From: Minisyncoccota bacterium
Lineage (GTDB): Bacteria; Patescibacteriota; Minisyncoccia; Phycocordibacterales; JABAAK01
Length of the DNA stretch: 64,000 nucleotides
Assembly (NCBI GenBank): GCA_965222235.1
Contig: OZ244939.1
Span: 400,107 to 464,106 of the forward strand
Direction of reading: 5' to 3'
Position numbers and translations under genes: made by a program. The notes under the pieces were generated by a model. That model saw only the letters and a program-made list of their open reading frames with translations, was not told the origin of the DNA and did not search any database. Below are positions 35,153-45,431 of the stretch, piece after piece (position 1 is the stretch's first letter; each line of letters starts with the position of its first letter).

Positions 35153-37488
35153 GACAACGAACCCCAGGAGCCGCCCTGCTTCACATCAGTCACAAGCGGT
35201 ATGGGGTCCCGGTTGTCCGGATAGACGGATTCCATGACTGATACGATATCTTTAACGGCGGTATTAATGACATCGGGGCGGATTTCAAATAACAATTCAT
35301 CGTGAATCTGCAGAACCATCCGCACATCGCCGGAATATTTCTCGGCAAGCATCCGGTCGGTGCCGATCATCGCCATCTTAATAACATCAGCCTCGGTTCC
35401 CTGTATAACACTATTCACCGCCATACGCTCGGCTTGGGCGCGTACAAACGCGAGTGATGAGTTAATACCGTCCATGTGCCGAACGCGGCCGAATGCCGTC
35501 GTTACAAAACCGGACAATCGCGCCTCACCCTTTATCCCCTCAAAATATGCAAACAGTCCCGGAAACGCACCCTTATACTCCTCAAGAAACTGTTCCGCCT
35601 CCGCAAGAGAAACATTGGTTGAGCGCCTGAGCGCCTGAGCGCCCATGCCGTAGAGAATGCCGAAATTGATGGACTTGGCGGCGGCACGCTGGTCGGGCGC
35701 GACCGCGTCCTCTGTGACGGAAAAAATTTTCGCCGCAACGGATGTGTGCACATCACCCCCTTCGCGGAAAATATCTAATAGGCCCGTATCTCCGGATAAA
35801 ATGGCGGCGATGCGAAGCTCCATCTGGGAATAATCAATGGACACCATAGTCCAGCCGTTGCTGGCAACAAACAGGTTGCGTATGGCGGTCCCGTCCTCTC
35901 CCCCTATCGGAATATTCTGAAGATTGGGATCCCGTGAAGACAGCCGGCCGGTGACCGTGCCGTTCTGTTGCAGATTGGTATGGATCCTGCTGTCCTTATC
36001 AACAAACTCAGGCAGCGCGTCGGTGTATGTTGAACGGAGTTTCTCATAGTGCCGGTACTCAAGCACCAGACGAATAATGGAGTGGTCATCAATCATGTCA
36101 AGCAGCACTGATTCTTTGGTCGTCCGACCGCCGGAGGCGGTCTTTGAAGAACGCTTCGGCCGCAATTTCAGATCAATATACAACACCTCTCCCAACTGCT
36201 TCGGCGAATTAATATTAAATTCCCTGCCGGCGGCCGTATAAATAGCATCGGAAATTTTTTGTATTTTTTTGCGGTACGCCCCGCTCAGCGACTGTGCCGC
36301 GGATACATCAAAACAGACACCTGTTTCCTCCATTCTCCTGATAACCGGCATCAGCGGTTTTTCAATATCCTCCCATACTGACAGGCGCCCGGCCTCGCGG
36401 AGCTTATCCCTGAGAATACGCACCGCGGCTTCGGGAGAGGGTGCGCCGGTGTACGCGTACACATCTTTCGCACCGGCATTGGTGTATGACGCATCAAGCA
36501 CCCACAGCGCTATTGATGCTTCCCTGATAATGCGCTGCTCATCCGCGGACAGTTCTTTCTCATGCTTTTCAGAAGGAGTCGGGGGTGTGTTGTCATGGTG
36601 TCCGGTGATGGCGTCCAGGCGGGCAAACAGTGAATCAAATGAAAATTTCTCAAGTGTGCTCCGCGCAGCGTGGCGGTCAACCGACTCCCGCCACACCTTC
36701 GCCCCGGCGTGAGGCGGGCGCACAGGAACATCGGTGTGGATGGTGGCAAGATCGCGGGAGAGAAACGCGCTTTCCCGCCCCTCGGAAAGCAGTTTCTCAA
36801 CCCGGGCACTGAATCCGGCACCCTGTACGGTTCCTGCGTCCAACGCGGCATAAATCCCTTCAAGATCACCGAATGCCGTGATGAGGCGCGTTGCGTAGGT
36901 CGCGCCGATGCCGGATACGCCGGCGATATTGTCCGAACTGTCCCCCGCCAGCCCTTTATAATCAACAATATACCGGGCCGGGTAGCCGTTCTTTTTCTCA
37001 ACATCCGCCTCGTCAAGGAAGACAAAATCGCTCATCCCCTTTCTCAGAAAAAAAATACGGATGCGGGGATGCACGGTGAGCTGCAGCAAATCTCCGTCAC
37101 ACGAGACAATCACGACCTCCTGTCCGTTCTTCGCGTCGGCAAGGGCGAGTGTGCCGAGCAGATCATCGGCCTCATACCCCGCCTTCTCAGCTATATGAAC
37201 ACTATATGACGACAACATGTCTCGTGCCGCCTCTATCTGTACGATCATGTCCTCTTCCGGCATCTCCCTGTTCGCCTTATATGTATCGTGCGCCTCCTGA
37301 CGCAGCGTCTGTTCAGGGCGGTCAAAACAGGCGATGATGTGATCCGGCTCCAGCTCAGCGATGATGCGGAACAGTGAGTTGGTGAGACCGTACAGGGCAC
37401 CGGTCGGCATGTCATCCTGTGAATGTAAATTAGGCACGGCATAATATGACCGGTACAGCAGGGCGAAGGTGTCAAGGTATATAATCAT
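35149..37488 (-). CDS. polA: DNA polymerase I: 5-prime-3-prime exonuclease plus family A polymerase, short form.
   Basis: Trimmed to MIIYLDTFALLYRSYYAV (FEN-like N-terminus). The polymerase motifs RRAAKSINFGILYG and the QIHDELLFE region are present. Confidence 0.9.
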   Translation of the reverse strand: MIIYLDTFALLYRSYYAVPNLHSQDDMPTGALYGLTNSLFRIIAELEPDHIIACFDRPEQTLRQEAHDTYKANREMPEEDMIVQIEAARDMLSSYSVHIAEKAGYEADDLLGTLALADAKNGQEVVIVSCDGDLLQLTVHPRIRIFFLRKGMSDFVFLDEADVEKKNGYPARYIVDYKGLAGDSSDNIAGVSGIGATYATRLITAFGDLEGIYAALDAGTVQGAGFSARVEKLLSEGRESAFLSRDLATIHTDVPVRPPHAGAKVWRESVDRHAARSTLEKFSFDSLFARLDAITGHHDNTPPTPSEKHEKELSADEQRIIREASIALWVLDASYTNAGAKDVYAYTGAPSPEAAVRILRDKLREAGRLSVWEDIEKPLMPVIRRMEETGVCFDVSAAQSLSGAYRKKIQKISDAIYTAAGREFNINSPKQLGEVLYIDLKLRPKRSSKTASGGRTTKESVLLDMIDDHSIIRLVLEYRHYEKLRSTYTDALPEFVDKDSRIHTNLQQNGTVTGRLSSRDPNLQNIPIGGEDGTAIRNLFVASNGWTMVSIDYSQMELRIAAILSGDTGLLDIFREGGDVHTSVAAKIFSVTEDAVAPDQRAAAKSINFGILYGMGAQALRRSTNVSLAEAEQFLEEYKGAFPGLFAYFEGIKGEARLSGFVTTAFGRVRHMDGINSSLAFVRAQAERMAVNSVIQGTEADVIKMAMIGTDRMLAEKYSGDVRMVLQIHDELLFEIRPDVINTAVKDIVSVMESVYPDNRDPIPLVTDVKQGGSWGSLS

Positions 37489-37945
37489 GGTGGTGTTGTA
37501 CGGCGACGGGGGAGGAGAAAGAAAATGTATGCACGGTGCCTTCCGCCCCGACAGCCACCGACCAGTGGCGCGGAGGAATGCTGGATACGACATGTTCCGG
37601 CCATTCAAGCACGACAAGCGTGCGCGGCGAGGTGAGCATGTCATCCCAGCCGACTGTTCCCACCTCATCCCCGGAAAGACGGTAAGCATCAATATGAATG
37701 AGTGAGGAAAAAACAGGGTCGTCGGTGTTGTAATCAGAGCGAAGAATGAATGTGGGGCTGGTAATAACCCCACGGACGCCGAGTATGTCAGCAATACATT
37801 TCGTCAGGGCGGTCTTTCCGGAGCCGAGCGGTCCGGACAGTGTCAGCACCGTCGCCCCGTCATCGGAAGCTGACTTTTTCAGCATATCAAGAACGTCACC
37901 GGCAAAGCGACGGGTGTCCCGGAGTGAGTGTGACACGGTCTGCAT
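37472..37945 (-). CDS. tsaE: tRNA threonylcarbamoyladenosine biosynthesis ATPase TsaE.
   Basis: P-loop LSGPLGSGKTALTK followed by SPTFIL. Trimmed to MQTVSHSL. It overlaps the polA start by 17 bp. Confidence 0.8.
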   Translation of the reverse strand: MQTVSHSLRDTRRFAGDVLDMLKKSASDDGATVLTLSGPLGSGKTALTKCIADILGVRGVITSPTFILRSDYNTDDPVFSSLIHIDAYRLSGDEVGTVGWDDMLTSPRTLVVLEWPEHVVSSIPPRHWSVAVGAEGTVHTFSFSSPVAVQHHHDYIP

Positions 37946-38016
37946 ACACAAACAGAATACCACTTTATACGTAAAAACACATAAAACAAACGCGCCCGCT
38001 GTGTTACAATACAACC

Positions 38017-39696
38017 ATGACAAACAACGCGACGCTGCGGACATTCCAGAATCAGCTTGAAGAGCACAGGGTGAAGGAAGAAAAGCGCCTCATAGAATAT
38101 CTGTCCGAAAAATACCGCCTCCCCGTCATTAAATTAACCGGCATACAAGTGAACCCGGACGCACTGCAATTAATCAGGGAAGTTGACGCACGCGAGGCAA
38201 AAATGGCGGTGTACAAGCGGCTGAAGGGAAAATTAACAATAGCGATCAATGAACCGAACAATGAGAAATTGAAAGAGGTGCTGCGGGAACTGGAGGGAAA
38301 AGGATATGCCAACGAACTCACCCTCGCCACAACACAAACACTTGAGCAGGTCTGGCAGTTCTACAAAGACATTGTCGCAACAAGCGCGACAACGCCCGGA
38401 ACGCTCTCAATAACAAACAAGGAGCTGGAACAGACAACACAGAACATACAATCATTGGATGAGGTAAAGGAGGTGCTTGAAGGAATGAAAGGCCTCAATC
38501 AGGCGAGAAAAATATCAAAAAACGTTGAATATATCGCCGCGACAGCGATAGCGGTTAACGCGTCAGACATTCACATTGAACCGGCCAAAGGGGGCGGCGT
38601 TGTCCGCTACCGTATTGACGGCGTTCTGACGGATGTTGCAAAGCTTCCTCCGAAAGAATACAAACAGCTTGTCACAAGAATGAAGTTGGTATCACATATG
38701 AAGATAACCTCAAAGGGAGCGCAGGACGGCGGATTCATCATTCACCTTTCCGACCGAACAATCAGTGTCCGCTCTTCCGTTATCCCTGAAGATGAAGGGG
38801 GCTCTTTTGTTCTCCGTATTCTTGATCCGAATAATGTGCTGCATAATATTGAAAAGCTGGGGCTGCATCCGGTCATTCTGAAAGTATTCCAAAAGCACAT
38901 TAAGAGGCCGAACGGTATGGTGCTCACCACCGGTCCGACCGGATCCGGGAAAACAACCACACTGTATTCATTTCTCAACTCAGTAAGGGACGGAGAGACG
39001 AAGATAATCACCCTTGAAGATCCGATTGAATACCGCCTGGAAGGTGTTGTACAGACCCAGATTGATAAAAACTACTCGTTCGCATCCGGACTCCGGGCGA
39101 TACTCAGGCAGGATCCGGACATCATCCTCGTCGGCGAAATACGGGACCGCGAGGTTGCCGAAATTGCCATTCAGGCCGCATTGACCGGACATTTGGTGTT
39201 TTCAACATTACACACCAATGATGCGTTGGGGGCGCTGCCGCGCCTTGCGCAGCTTGAAGTTGACCCACAGGCATTTGCCCGGGCAATAAACATTGTCATC
39301 GCCCAAAGGCTTGTGAGAATCCTCTGCCCGCACTGCTCCGAGCCGCACCGCCTCACCGACGAACAGAAAGAAAAAATACAAAACATGATTCAGGACTTCC
39401 CTGAGGGATATAGGGAAGAACCATTGAATATCGAGAATATCAAAAAACCGGGCGAGGCGGCACAAAACTGCCAGCAATGTACAAATGGATACAAGGGGCG
39501 TATCGGCGTATTTGAGGTGTTTGAAGTAAATGACGACGTAGAAAAAACACACCGAAGCGGTGAAGGAATATCCGCCCTGCATGAAGCGGTGAAGAAGCAG
39601 AATCTTCCTTTTATGAAAGATGATGGGTTGTGGAAAGTTCTGCAGGGCACGACATCGTTGGCTGAATTAGAGCGGGTTGTGGGGGTGAATATATAG
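38017..39696 (+). CDS. Type IV pilus / type II secretion assembly ATPase (PilB/GspE family).
   Basis: It has the N1/N2 domains, the Walker A GPTGSGKTTTL, Asp/His boxes and a tetracysteine CPHC...CQQC motif. 559 aa. Confidence 0.85.
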   Translation: MTNNATLRTFQNQLEEHRVKEEKRLIEYLSEKYRLPVIKLTGIQVNPDALQLIREVDAREAKMAVYKRLKGKLTIAINEPNNEKLKEVLRELEGKGYANELTLATTQTLEQVWQFYKDIVATSATTPGTLSITNKELEQTTQNIQSLDEVKEVLEGMKGLNQARKISKNVEYIAATAIAVNASDIHIEPAKGGGVVRYRIDGVLTDVAKLPPKEYKQLVTRMKLVSHMKITSKGAQDGGFIIHLSDRTISVRSSVIPEDEGGSFVLRILDPNNVLHNIEKLGLHPVILKVFQKHIKRPNGMVLTTGPTGSGKTTTLYSFLNSVRDGETKIITLEDPIEYRLEGVVQTQIDKNYSFASGLRAILRQDPDIILVGEIRDREVAEIAIQAALTGHLVFSTLHTNDALGALPRLAQLEVDPQAFARAINIVIAQRLVRILCPHCSEPHRLTDEQKEKIQNMIQDFPEGYREEPLNIENIKKPGEAAQNCQQCTNGYKGRIGVFEVFEVNDDVEKTHRSGEGISALHEAVKKQNLPFMKDDGLWKVLQGTTSLAELERVVGVNI

Positions 39697-39697
39697 T

Positions 39698-40693
39698 ATG
39701 GACGGAGAAAACAAGAACAAAGAACTCGAACACTCACTAGACTCACTATTGCGCCCGAAGGTGTGGGAAGAATATATAGGACAACAGCACATAAAAAATG
39801 ATCTCGACATTCTCATTAAGGCGGCAAAAAAACGGGGGCAGATGCCCGAACATGTCCTGCTGCACGGCCCGGCGGGACTGGGGAAAACGACACTCGCTTA
39901 CATCATCGGATCTCTACTTGAGGTGCCGATACAGACCACCTCAGGGCCCATGATAGAACGGGCGGGGGATATTGTTTCACTCGCATCAACATTGGAAAAC
40001 GGCGGCGTGCTCTTCATAGATGAGGTACACCGGCTGAACAGAAACATTGAAGAGGTTCTCTACCCCATCATGGAAAGCGGTGGTATATCAATTATGGTCG
40101 GGAAAGGACCAACTGCACGGTCAGTACACATTGCGCTCCCCCCTATTGTGGTGATAGCGGCAACAACACAGGCGGGAAAAATATCCGCCCCGTTGCGCTC
40201 CCGATTCTCGGGCGGCATTATGCGACTGATACCATATAACGAGGAGGAAATAAAACAGATTCTGCTCCACTCTGCAAAAAAACTGGATATTGAAATTTCG
40301 GAAGATTCGGCGAAAGAAATAGCAAAACGATCACGAAGCACCCCGAGAACAGCAAACTATCTTCTGAAAAGAATTCGTGATTATGCACAAATTCATAACA
40401 CCGCCATAACACCGGAAATGGTGCACACCGCCCTGTCCGATCGAAATATTGATGCGTACGGACTGAACGCCGAAGACAGAAACATGCTTGCCACCATACA
40501 GCAGGTATTTAACGGCGGACCGGTCGGCGTGCGGGCCCTCGCAACAACACTGTCCGAGGATGTGGGAACCATTGAAGAAGTGTATGAGCCGTTTTTGGTA
40601 CAAATAGGTTTTCTGGAGAGAACACTGCGCGGGAGGGCGATAACGGACAAAGGCAGGGCATATCTTGCCGATATCGGCATGTATGAAGAATAG
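39698..40693 (+). CDS. ruvB: Holliday-junction helicase RuvB.
   Basis: It has the Walker A GPAGLGKTTLA and the sensor motifs. 331 aa. Confidence 0.9.
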   Translation: MDGENKNKELEHSLDSLLRPKVWEEYIGQQHIKNDLDILIKAAKKRGQMPEHVLLHGPAGLGKTTLAYIIGSLLEVPIQTTSGPMIERAGDIVSLASTLENGGVLFIDEVHRLNRNIEEVLYPIMESGGISIMVGKGPTARSVHIALPPIVVIAATTQAGKISAPLRSRFSGGIMRLIPYNEEEIKQILLHSAKKLDIEISEDSAKEIAKRSRSTPRTANYLLKRIRDYAQIHNTAITPEMVHTALSDRNIDAYGLNAEDRNMLATIQQVFNGGPVGVRALATTLSEDVGTIEEVYEPFLVQIGFLERTLRGRAITDKGRAYLADIGMYEE

Positions 40694-40707
40694 TGTATAC
40701 TGCCGAC

Positions 40708-41238
40708 ATGGCAGGTCATAATAAATGGTCAAAAATAAAACACAAAAAGGCCTCAACCGATGCACAAAAAAGCAAAATCTTCGGGAAAATAGCAAAAACA
40801 CTAACCGCTGAATCAAAAAAATGCGGCGGCAACAAGGATGATTTGCGGCTGAAATCCGCAATTGAACAGGCAAAATCGGTTAATATGCCTTCACAAAACA
40901 TTGAGCGGGCGATAGAAAGAGGAATGAGTGCCGATGTGGTATCATTGGAATCCGTCATATATGAGGCATACGGACCTGGGGGATGTGCCCTCCTTGTTGA
41001 GACACTGACCGATAATCGCAACAGAACAGCCGCGGAAATACGCCACATTCTTTCAAAGCACAACACCTCTATCGGAGAACCGGGGTCCGCATTGTGGATC
41101 TTCACCAGAAAAAATAATACAACCACACCAAACACAACCATGGAAATTTCAGAAGATGATATGAAAAAACTTGAAAGCATGGTTTCAGACCTGCTGGATC
41201 AGGATGATGTACAGGAGGTACATACAAATGAGGTATAG
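40708..41238 (+). CDS. YebC/PmpR-family transcriptional regulatory protein, short form.
   Basis: MAGHNKWSKIKHKKASTDAQKSKIFGK is the characteristic N-terminus. Confidence 0.75.
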   Translation: MAGHNKWSKIKHKKASTDAQKSKIFGKIAKTLTAESKKCGGNKDDLRLKSAIEQAKSVNMPSQNIERAIERGMSADVVSLESVIYEAYGPGGCALLVETLTDNRNRTAAEIRHILSKHNTSIGEPGSALWIFTRKNNTTTPNTTMEISEDDMKKLESMVSDLLDQDDVQEVHTNEV

Positions 41239-41243
41239 CGCGT

Positions 41244-41738
41244 ATGAAATTAATCGCAATAGATCCGGGATACGACAGAACGGGGTTTGCGGTTATTACC
41301 AAGGAAAATGATCGGATGGTGCTTCTTTTTTCGGAATGCTTTGAGACTGACGGGGGAAAGGAATACAACAAAAGAATTGTGGAGGTCGGAACACGGCTTG
41401 AAAAACTGATTGAGAAGCATGAGCCGGATTCTGTTGTTATTGAAAAACTGTTTTTCTCAAAAAATAAAAAGACGGCCCTGCGGGTGGCTGAAGTTAGGGG
41501 CTTGTGCATATATGAGGCGGAAAAAAGAAACATACCGGTGGCTGAATACACACCCAATCAGATAAAAAGTGCAGTAACCGGAAACGGCCGCGCGGACAAG
41601 AAACAAATTATGCGGATGATTCCCCATCTTATAGAAATAGACAGGAATAAAAAGAGACATGATGATGAATATGATGCCGTGGCGATCGGCATAACCCACC
41701 TCGCCGCCGTGCGAAACAACATACCAAACAATATTTAA
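41244..41738 (+). CDS. ruvC: Crossover-junction endodeoxyribonuclease RuvC.
   Basis: MKLIAIDPGYDRTGFAV... and the catalytic acidic residues. 164 aa. Confidence 0.85.
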   Translation: MKLIAIDPGYDRTGFAVITKENDRMVLLFSECFETDGGKEYNKRIVEVGTRLEKLIEKHEPDSVVIEKLFFSKNKKTALRVAEVRGLCIYEAEKRNIPVAEYTPNQIKSAVTGNGRADKKQIMRMIPHLIEIDRNKKRHDDEYDAVAIGITHLAAVRNNIPNNI

Positions 41739-41753
41739 GGGTATGCTGTATAT

Positions 41754-44090
41754 ATGTATATAAAAATTATATATATTAGAAACCTCCTCCTTTTATGTCT
41801 TTCTGGAATGTTTGTGGGTCTGGGACTGATAATACTGTTCTATGTATTTACTCCGTTGCCGGATGTGGAGGTCCAAAATATAGCATCAAAACAATCAACC
41901 ATTCTGGAAGACAGAAACGGTGAGTTTTTGTTTGATTTTTCAGAAAATGAAAAAAGGGTGTATACGCCGATTGAAAAAATATCACCTAATGTCATTAATG
42001 CTGTTATATCTATAGAAGACCATCTTTTTTTTGAACATAAGGGGGTGCGTATTGATTCATTTTTAAGAGCATTGGTATACAATATATTAACACTTTCATT
42101 CAGTCAGGGCGGGTCTACAATCACACAACAATTGATAAAAAATGTATACCTTACTACGGAAAAAAAGATAGAGAGGAAGATGAAGGAATTCTTACTCGCC
42201 TGGAAGATTGAAAAAGTTCTGGAAAAAGAAAAAATATTAGAGTTATACCTTAACACCATCCCGTACGGCGGTGTCATATACGGCATCAGTGAAGCGAGCA
42301 ACTTTTTCTTTGGGAAAAAACCGGATGATATAACTATTGCGGAAGCGTCCTACTTGGCGGCGATACCGAACGCCCCGACCTATTTTTCACCTTACGGAAG
42401 AAATAAAAAGGACCTGGAGAAAAGAAAGAACGCCGTACTCACACGCATGTTGGAATACAGTCTCATAACACGGGAAGAATACAATAGTGCGAGGAAAGAA
42501 AACGTCTATTTCAAAGACCGAAGACCGTCCTCAATACGGGCACCTCATTTTGTGTTTTTTGTAAAAGAACAGATTGAAAAGGAATACGGAACACATTTAA
42601 GATCTTTAAAGGGAGAAAGAATACGCACTTCCGTTGATTTAAAACTACAAAAAAGTATTGAAGAAAGTGTGGAGATGTTTGCCGAAGGTTTTGAAGAAAA
42701 ATACAGAGGAACAAATATCGCATCGGTGGTTATTGCCGCAAAGACCGGAGAAATACTCGCCATGGTGGGGTCGCGTGATTTTTTTAACGACAAGATTGAC
42801 GGAAGTGTTAATATTATCACATCTTTAAGGCAACCAGGATCAACTTTTAAGCCGATAGCATATGCAAAGGTATTTGAGAAAGGGCTGCGTCCAGAAACAA
42901 TATTGTATGACGTCCCCACCCAATTCACCAGCAGGTGTGAGGAGGATAAATTTGAAAGCACAGAAGACGGGTGTTACTCACCCGTCAACTACACAGGAAC
43001 GTTTAAGGGTCCGATTTCCCTTCGGAGCGCTCTCGCACAATCAATCAATGTGCCGGCTGTTAAGGTTTTGTATATCGCCGGTGTAAAAAATACCATAGAG
43101 CTTGCGGAAAAAATGGGCATAACATCGCTCACCAGGGGAAGTGGTCATTATGGGTTAAGTTTGGTGTTGGGTGGAGCCGAGGTTACACCGCTGGAACTTG
43201 CACAGGCATATAGTGTGTTTGCAAATGAGGGGAGATTAATCCCATACACATGGAAACCGGAAGAAAAGAGGGGTACTGGGAGAGAAATCATATCAAAAAA
43301 GGTCGCACAGAATATAACATCAATACTGAGTGATGATAGGTCCAGATCCCCTGTATTTGGAGAAAGATCCCCGCTGTATATCACAAGCCCTCAAGTTGCG
43401 GTAAAAACAGGAACAACGAACAATTCAAGAGATATATGGGTTGTCGGCTACTCTCCTGATTTGGTGGTCCTTGTGTGGGGAGGAAACTCCGACGGAACAT
43501 TGTTAGAAAACAATGCGTCAGGATTTTCACTTTCGCGACTTTTCAGAGAAATTATGCTTAAGGCATCGGCACAATATGGGGATCGGAGATCGTACTTTTC
43601 TGTAAACACAACCCCGTCAATAGGAGGACATGAAATAATATCAGGAATTGTTGATTTGGAAGATCAACACACAATCCTCCACTACATACAAAAAGAAAGA
43701 ATACATCGGAAGCCCCAAACCCCCGAAGAAGACCCACAATACAAAAACTGGGAATTTGGTGTGCAGGATTGGCTTGAACAAAATACCGACAATGAACACA
43801 CCACAACAGACACACACCGGAATGAAATATTCTCCATACAGTCTCCGGAAAAAAACACCAAAATACCGAGAGATGGTGTGGTAATCATAACGGCAACACC
43901 GATAGGAAAAGGAAACACCCAGTACGAGTTCTATGTAAATAAAAAATTAATAGGTTCATCATACATACCCCTCATCAGCTTCACTCCTTCACAGATAGTA
44001 AAGGAAAATAGTAAAAATATAACAATACAGATTATCGCAAGTGGTTCTCTCGGCGTGTTTAGTGCGGAGGAAACCTTCTCCTTCAAATAA
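41754..44090 (+). CDS. Class A penicillin-binding protein (glycosyltransferase plus transpeptidase).
   Basis: The GT51 motifs EDHLFFEHKGV and GGSTITQQL are present, with the TP motifs SxxK (STFK), SxN and KTG. 778 aa. Confidence 0.85.
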   Translation: MYIKIIYIRNLLLLCLSGMFVGLGLIILFYVFTPLPDVEVQNIASKQSTILEDRNGEFLFDFSENEKRVYTPIEKISPNVINAVISIEDHLFFEHKGVRIDSFLRALVYNILTLSFSQGGSTITQQLIKNVYLTTEKKIERKMKEFLLAWKIEKVLEKEKILELYLNTIPYGGVIYGISEASNFFFGKKPDDITIAEASYLAAIPNAPTYFSPYGRNKKDLEKRKNAVLTRMLEYSLITREEYNSARKENVYFKDRRPSSIRAPHFVFFVKEQIEKEYGTHLRSLKGERIRTSVDLKLQKSIEESVEMFAEGFEEKYRGTNIASVVIAAKTGEILAMVGSRDFFNDKIDGSVNIITSLRQPGSTFKPIAYAKVFEKGLRPETILYDVPTQFTSRCEEDKFESTEDGCYSPVNYTGTFKGPISLRSALAQSINVPAVKVLYIAGVKNTIELAEKMGITSLTRGSGHYGLSLVLGGAEVTPLELAQAYSVFANEGRLIPYTWKPEEKRGTGREIISKKVAQNITSILSDDRSRSPVFGERSPLYITSPQVAVKTGTTNNSRDIWVVGYSPDLVVLVWGGNSDGTLLENNASGFSLSRLFREIMLKASAQYGDRRSYFSVNTTPSIGGHEIISGIVDLEDQHTILHYIQKERIHRKPQTPEEDPQYKNWEFGVQDWLEQNTDNEHTTTDTHRNEIFSIQSPEKNTKIPRDGVVIITATPIGKGNTQYEFYVNKKLIGSSYIPLISFTPSQIVKENSKNITIQIIASGSLGVFSAEETFSFK

Positions 44091-44092
44091 GA

Positions 44093-45208
44093 CTACTTTT
44101 CAATAAGTGGTGATATGATGGTGGTGAGTGTCGTATCGTCAGCACCCCGTATCATAAGAGGTTTGGTTATATCATTAATGATATTAAGAATTATTCTTTC
44201 ATCAGAAATAACAGAAAGTGCATCGTTTAAGAAACGATAGTTGAATGATGGAATGGGTATGATATCACCATTTATAGTCACCGGAACGGTGTTTTGTGTT
44301 GAACCGACTGTTTCATTATCAAGCTTAAGTAGGAGAGAAGTTTTGCTTTCCACATTAAAAGATATTTTATTTAGTTTGTTGGAAAAAAGCCTTGCCTTTT
44401 TAAGAAAGTTGAGAGCATCGCTTCGAAGTAGGGTAATGTTCATATCAAAACTGGTGGGCATAATATTTTTATAATCAGGAAAATTACCTTTCACACTATT
44501 CACTTTAATAGTGATTGTTTCGGTTGAAAGGTAAATGACATCCTCACAAACATACAAACTAACATCAGTATCAGACACCCCCTCTAAAACGCGCAAGATC
44601 TTGGCAACGCTTTTATTCGGTATAAGAATTGAAATATCATTGTAGTCTTTTTTTTCCAGTAAAAATCTTATTTCAGCAAGGCGAAACGCATCAGTGGACA
44701 CAAAATAAACTGAATCATTTTTGGTATAAATATAAACACTTGCTATCTCTGGTTTGATGATACTCTCTGCGGCGGCATGCTGTACACTCCTGAACCCCTG
44801 AATTAAAACCTCTCTCTTCATCACAAAAGAGGGTGAAATATCCGGAACAGTGATTGCACCTCCATCCTCCTCACTGTTTTCCAGAATAAATATCTCCGAT
44901 GTGCTTGTGTTAGTCTTAATGATAAGTTTTTTCTCAATCAATTCAACAGTTACCACCATATCAATCAAAGAGCTTACAGCACCATCAAGAACCTGTATGG
45001 GAACAAAAATAGAACCTTCTTTTGATTCGTTAATATTAACACGATACATAACATTAAAATCAAATTGGTGTGTTTTAAACAAGACCTTGTCCGATGAAAC
45101 TTCTATATAAATACCACTAAAAGAAGAACTGGGAATATCTTTTGAAACCACTTTTGTTAAGATGGTTGTTATGTTTTTTAATATTTCTGTTGATATTGAA
45201 AATTTCAT
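44093..45208 (-). CDS. dnaN: DNA polymerase III beta sliding clamp.
   Basis: 371 aa with a three-domain clamp pattern. It is immediately downstream of dnaA. Confidence 0.85.
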   Translation of the reverse strand: MKFSISTEILKNITTILTKVVSKDIPSSSFSGIYIEVSSDKVLFKTHQFDFNVMYRVNINESKEGSIFVPIQVLDGAVSSLIDMVVTVELIEKKLIIKTNTSTSEIFILENSEEDGGAITVPDISPSFVMKREVLIQGFRSVQHAAAESIIKPEIASVYIYTKNDSVYFVSTDAFRLAEIRFLLEKKDYNDISILIPNKSVAKILRVLEGVSDTDVSLYVCEDVIYLSTETITIKVNSVKGNFPDYKNIMPTSFDMNITLLRSDALNFLKKARLFSNKLNKISFNVESKTSLLLKLDNETVGSTQNTVPVTINGDIIPIPSFNYRFLNDALSVISDERIILNIINDITKPLMIRGADDTTLTTIISPLIEK

Positions 45209-45431
45209 AGTTAAAATTTATTAGTAGTAATAGTAATGAGTAAAAGTAGAAAGATAAAAAATATCCAATGTCTGTTTACAATTATAACAGAAAAATCTCT
45301 GTGTATCTTTGTGTATTTCTTTACAAAACATGTTGAATACTTTGTAAGTAAAAAATTCAATGTGTATAAAAATAACATACCCACATTTTTTTCACCATTA
45401 CTACAGGTTTTATACACAAAGTTTTCCATAT
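45209..45431. promoter_or_regulatory. AT-rich dnaA-dnaN intergenic region with two inverted DnaA-box-like 9-mers (candidate oriC element).
   Basis: TGTGTATAA at 45361-45369 and TTATACACA at 45410-45418. The consensus TTATCCACA has one mismatch to each. Confidence 0.45.
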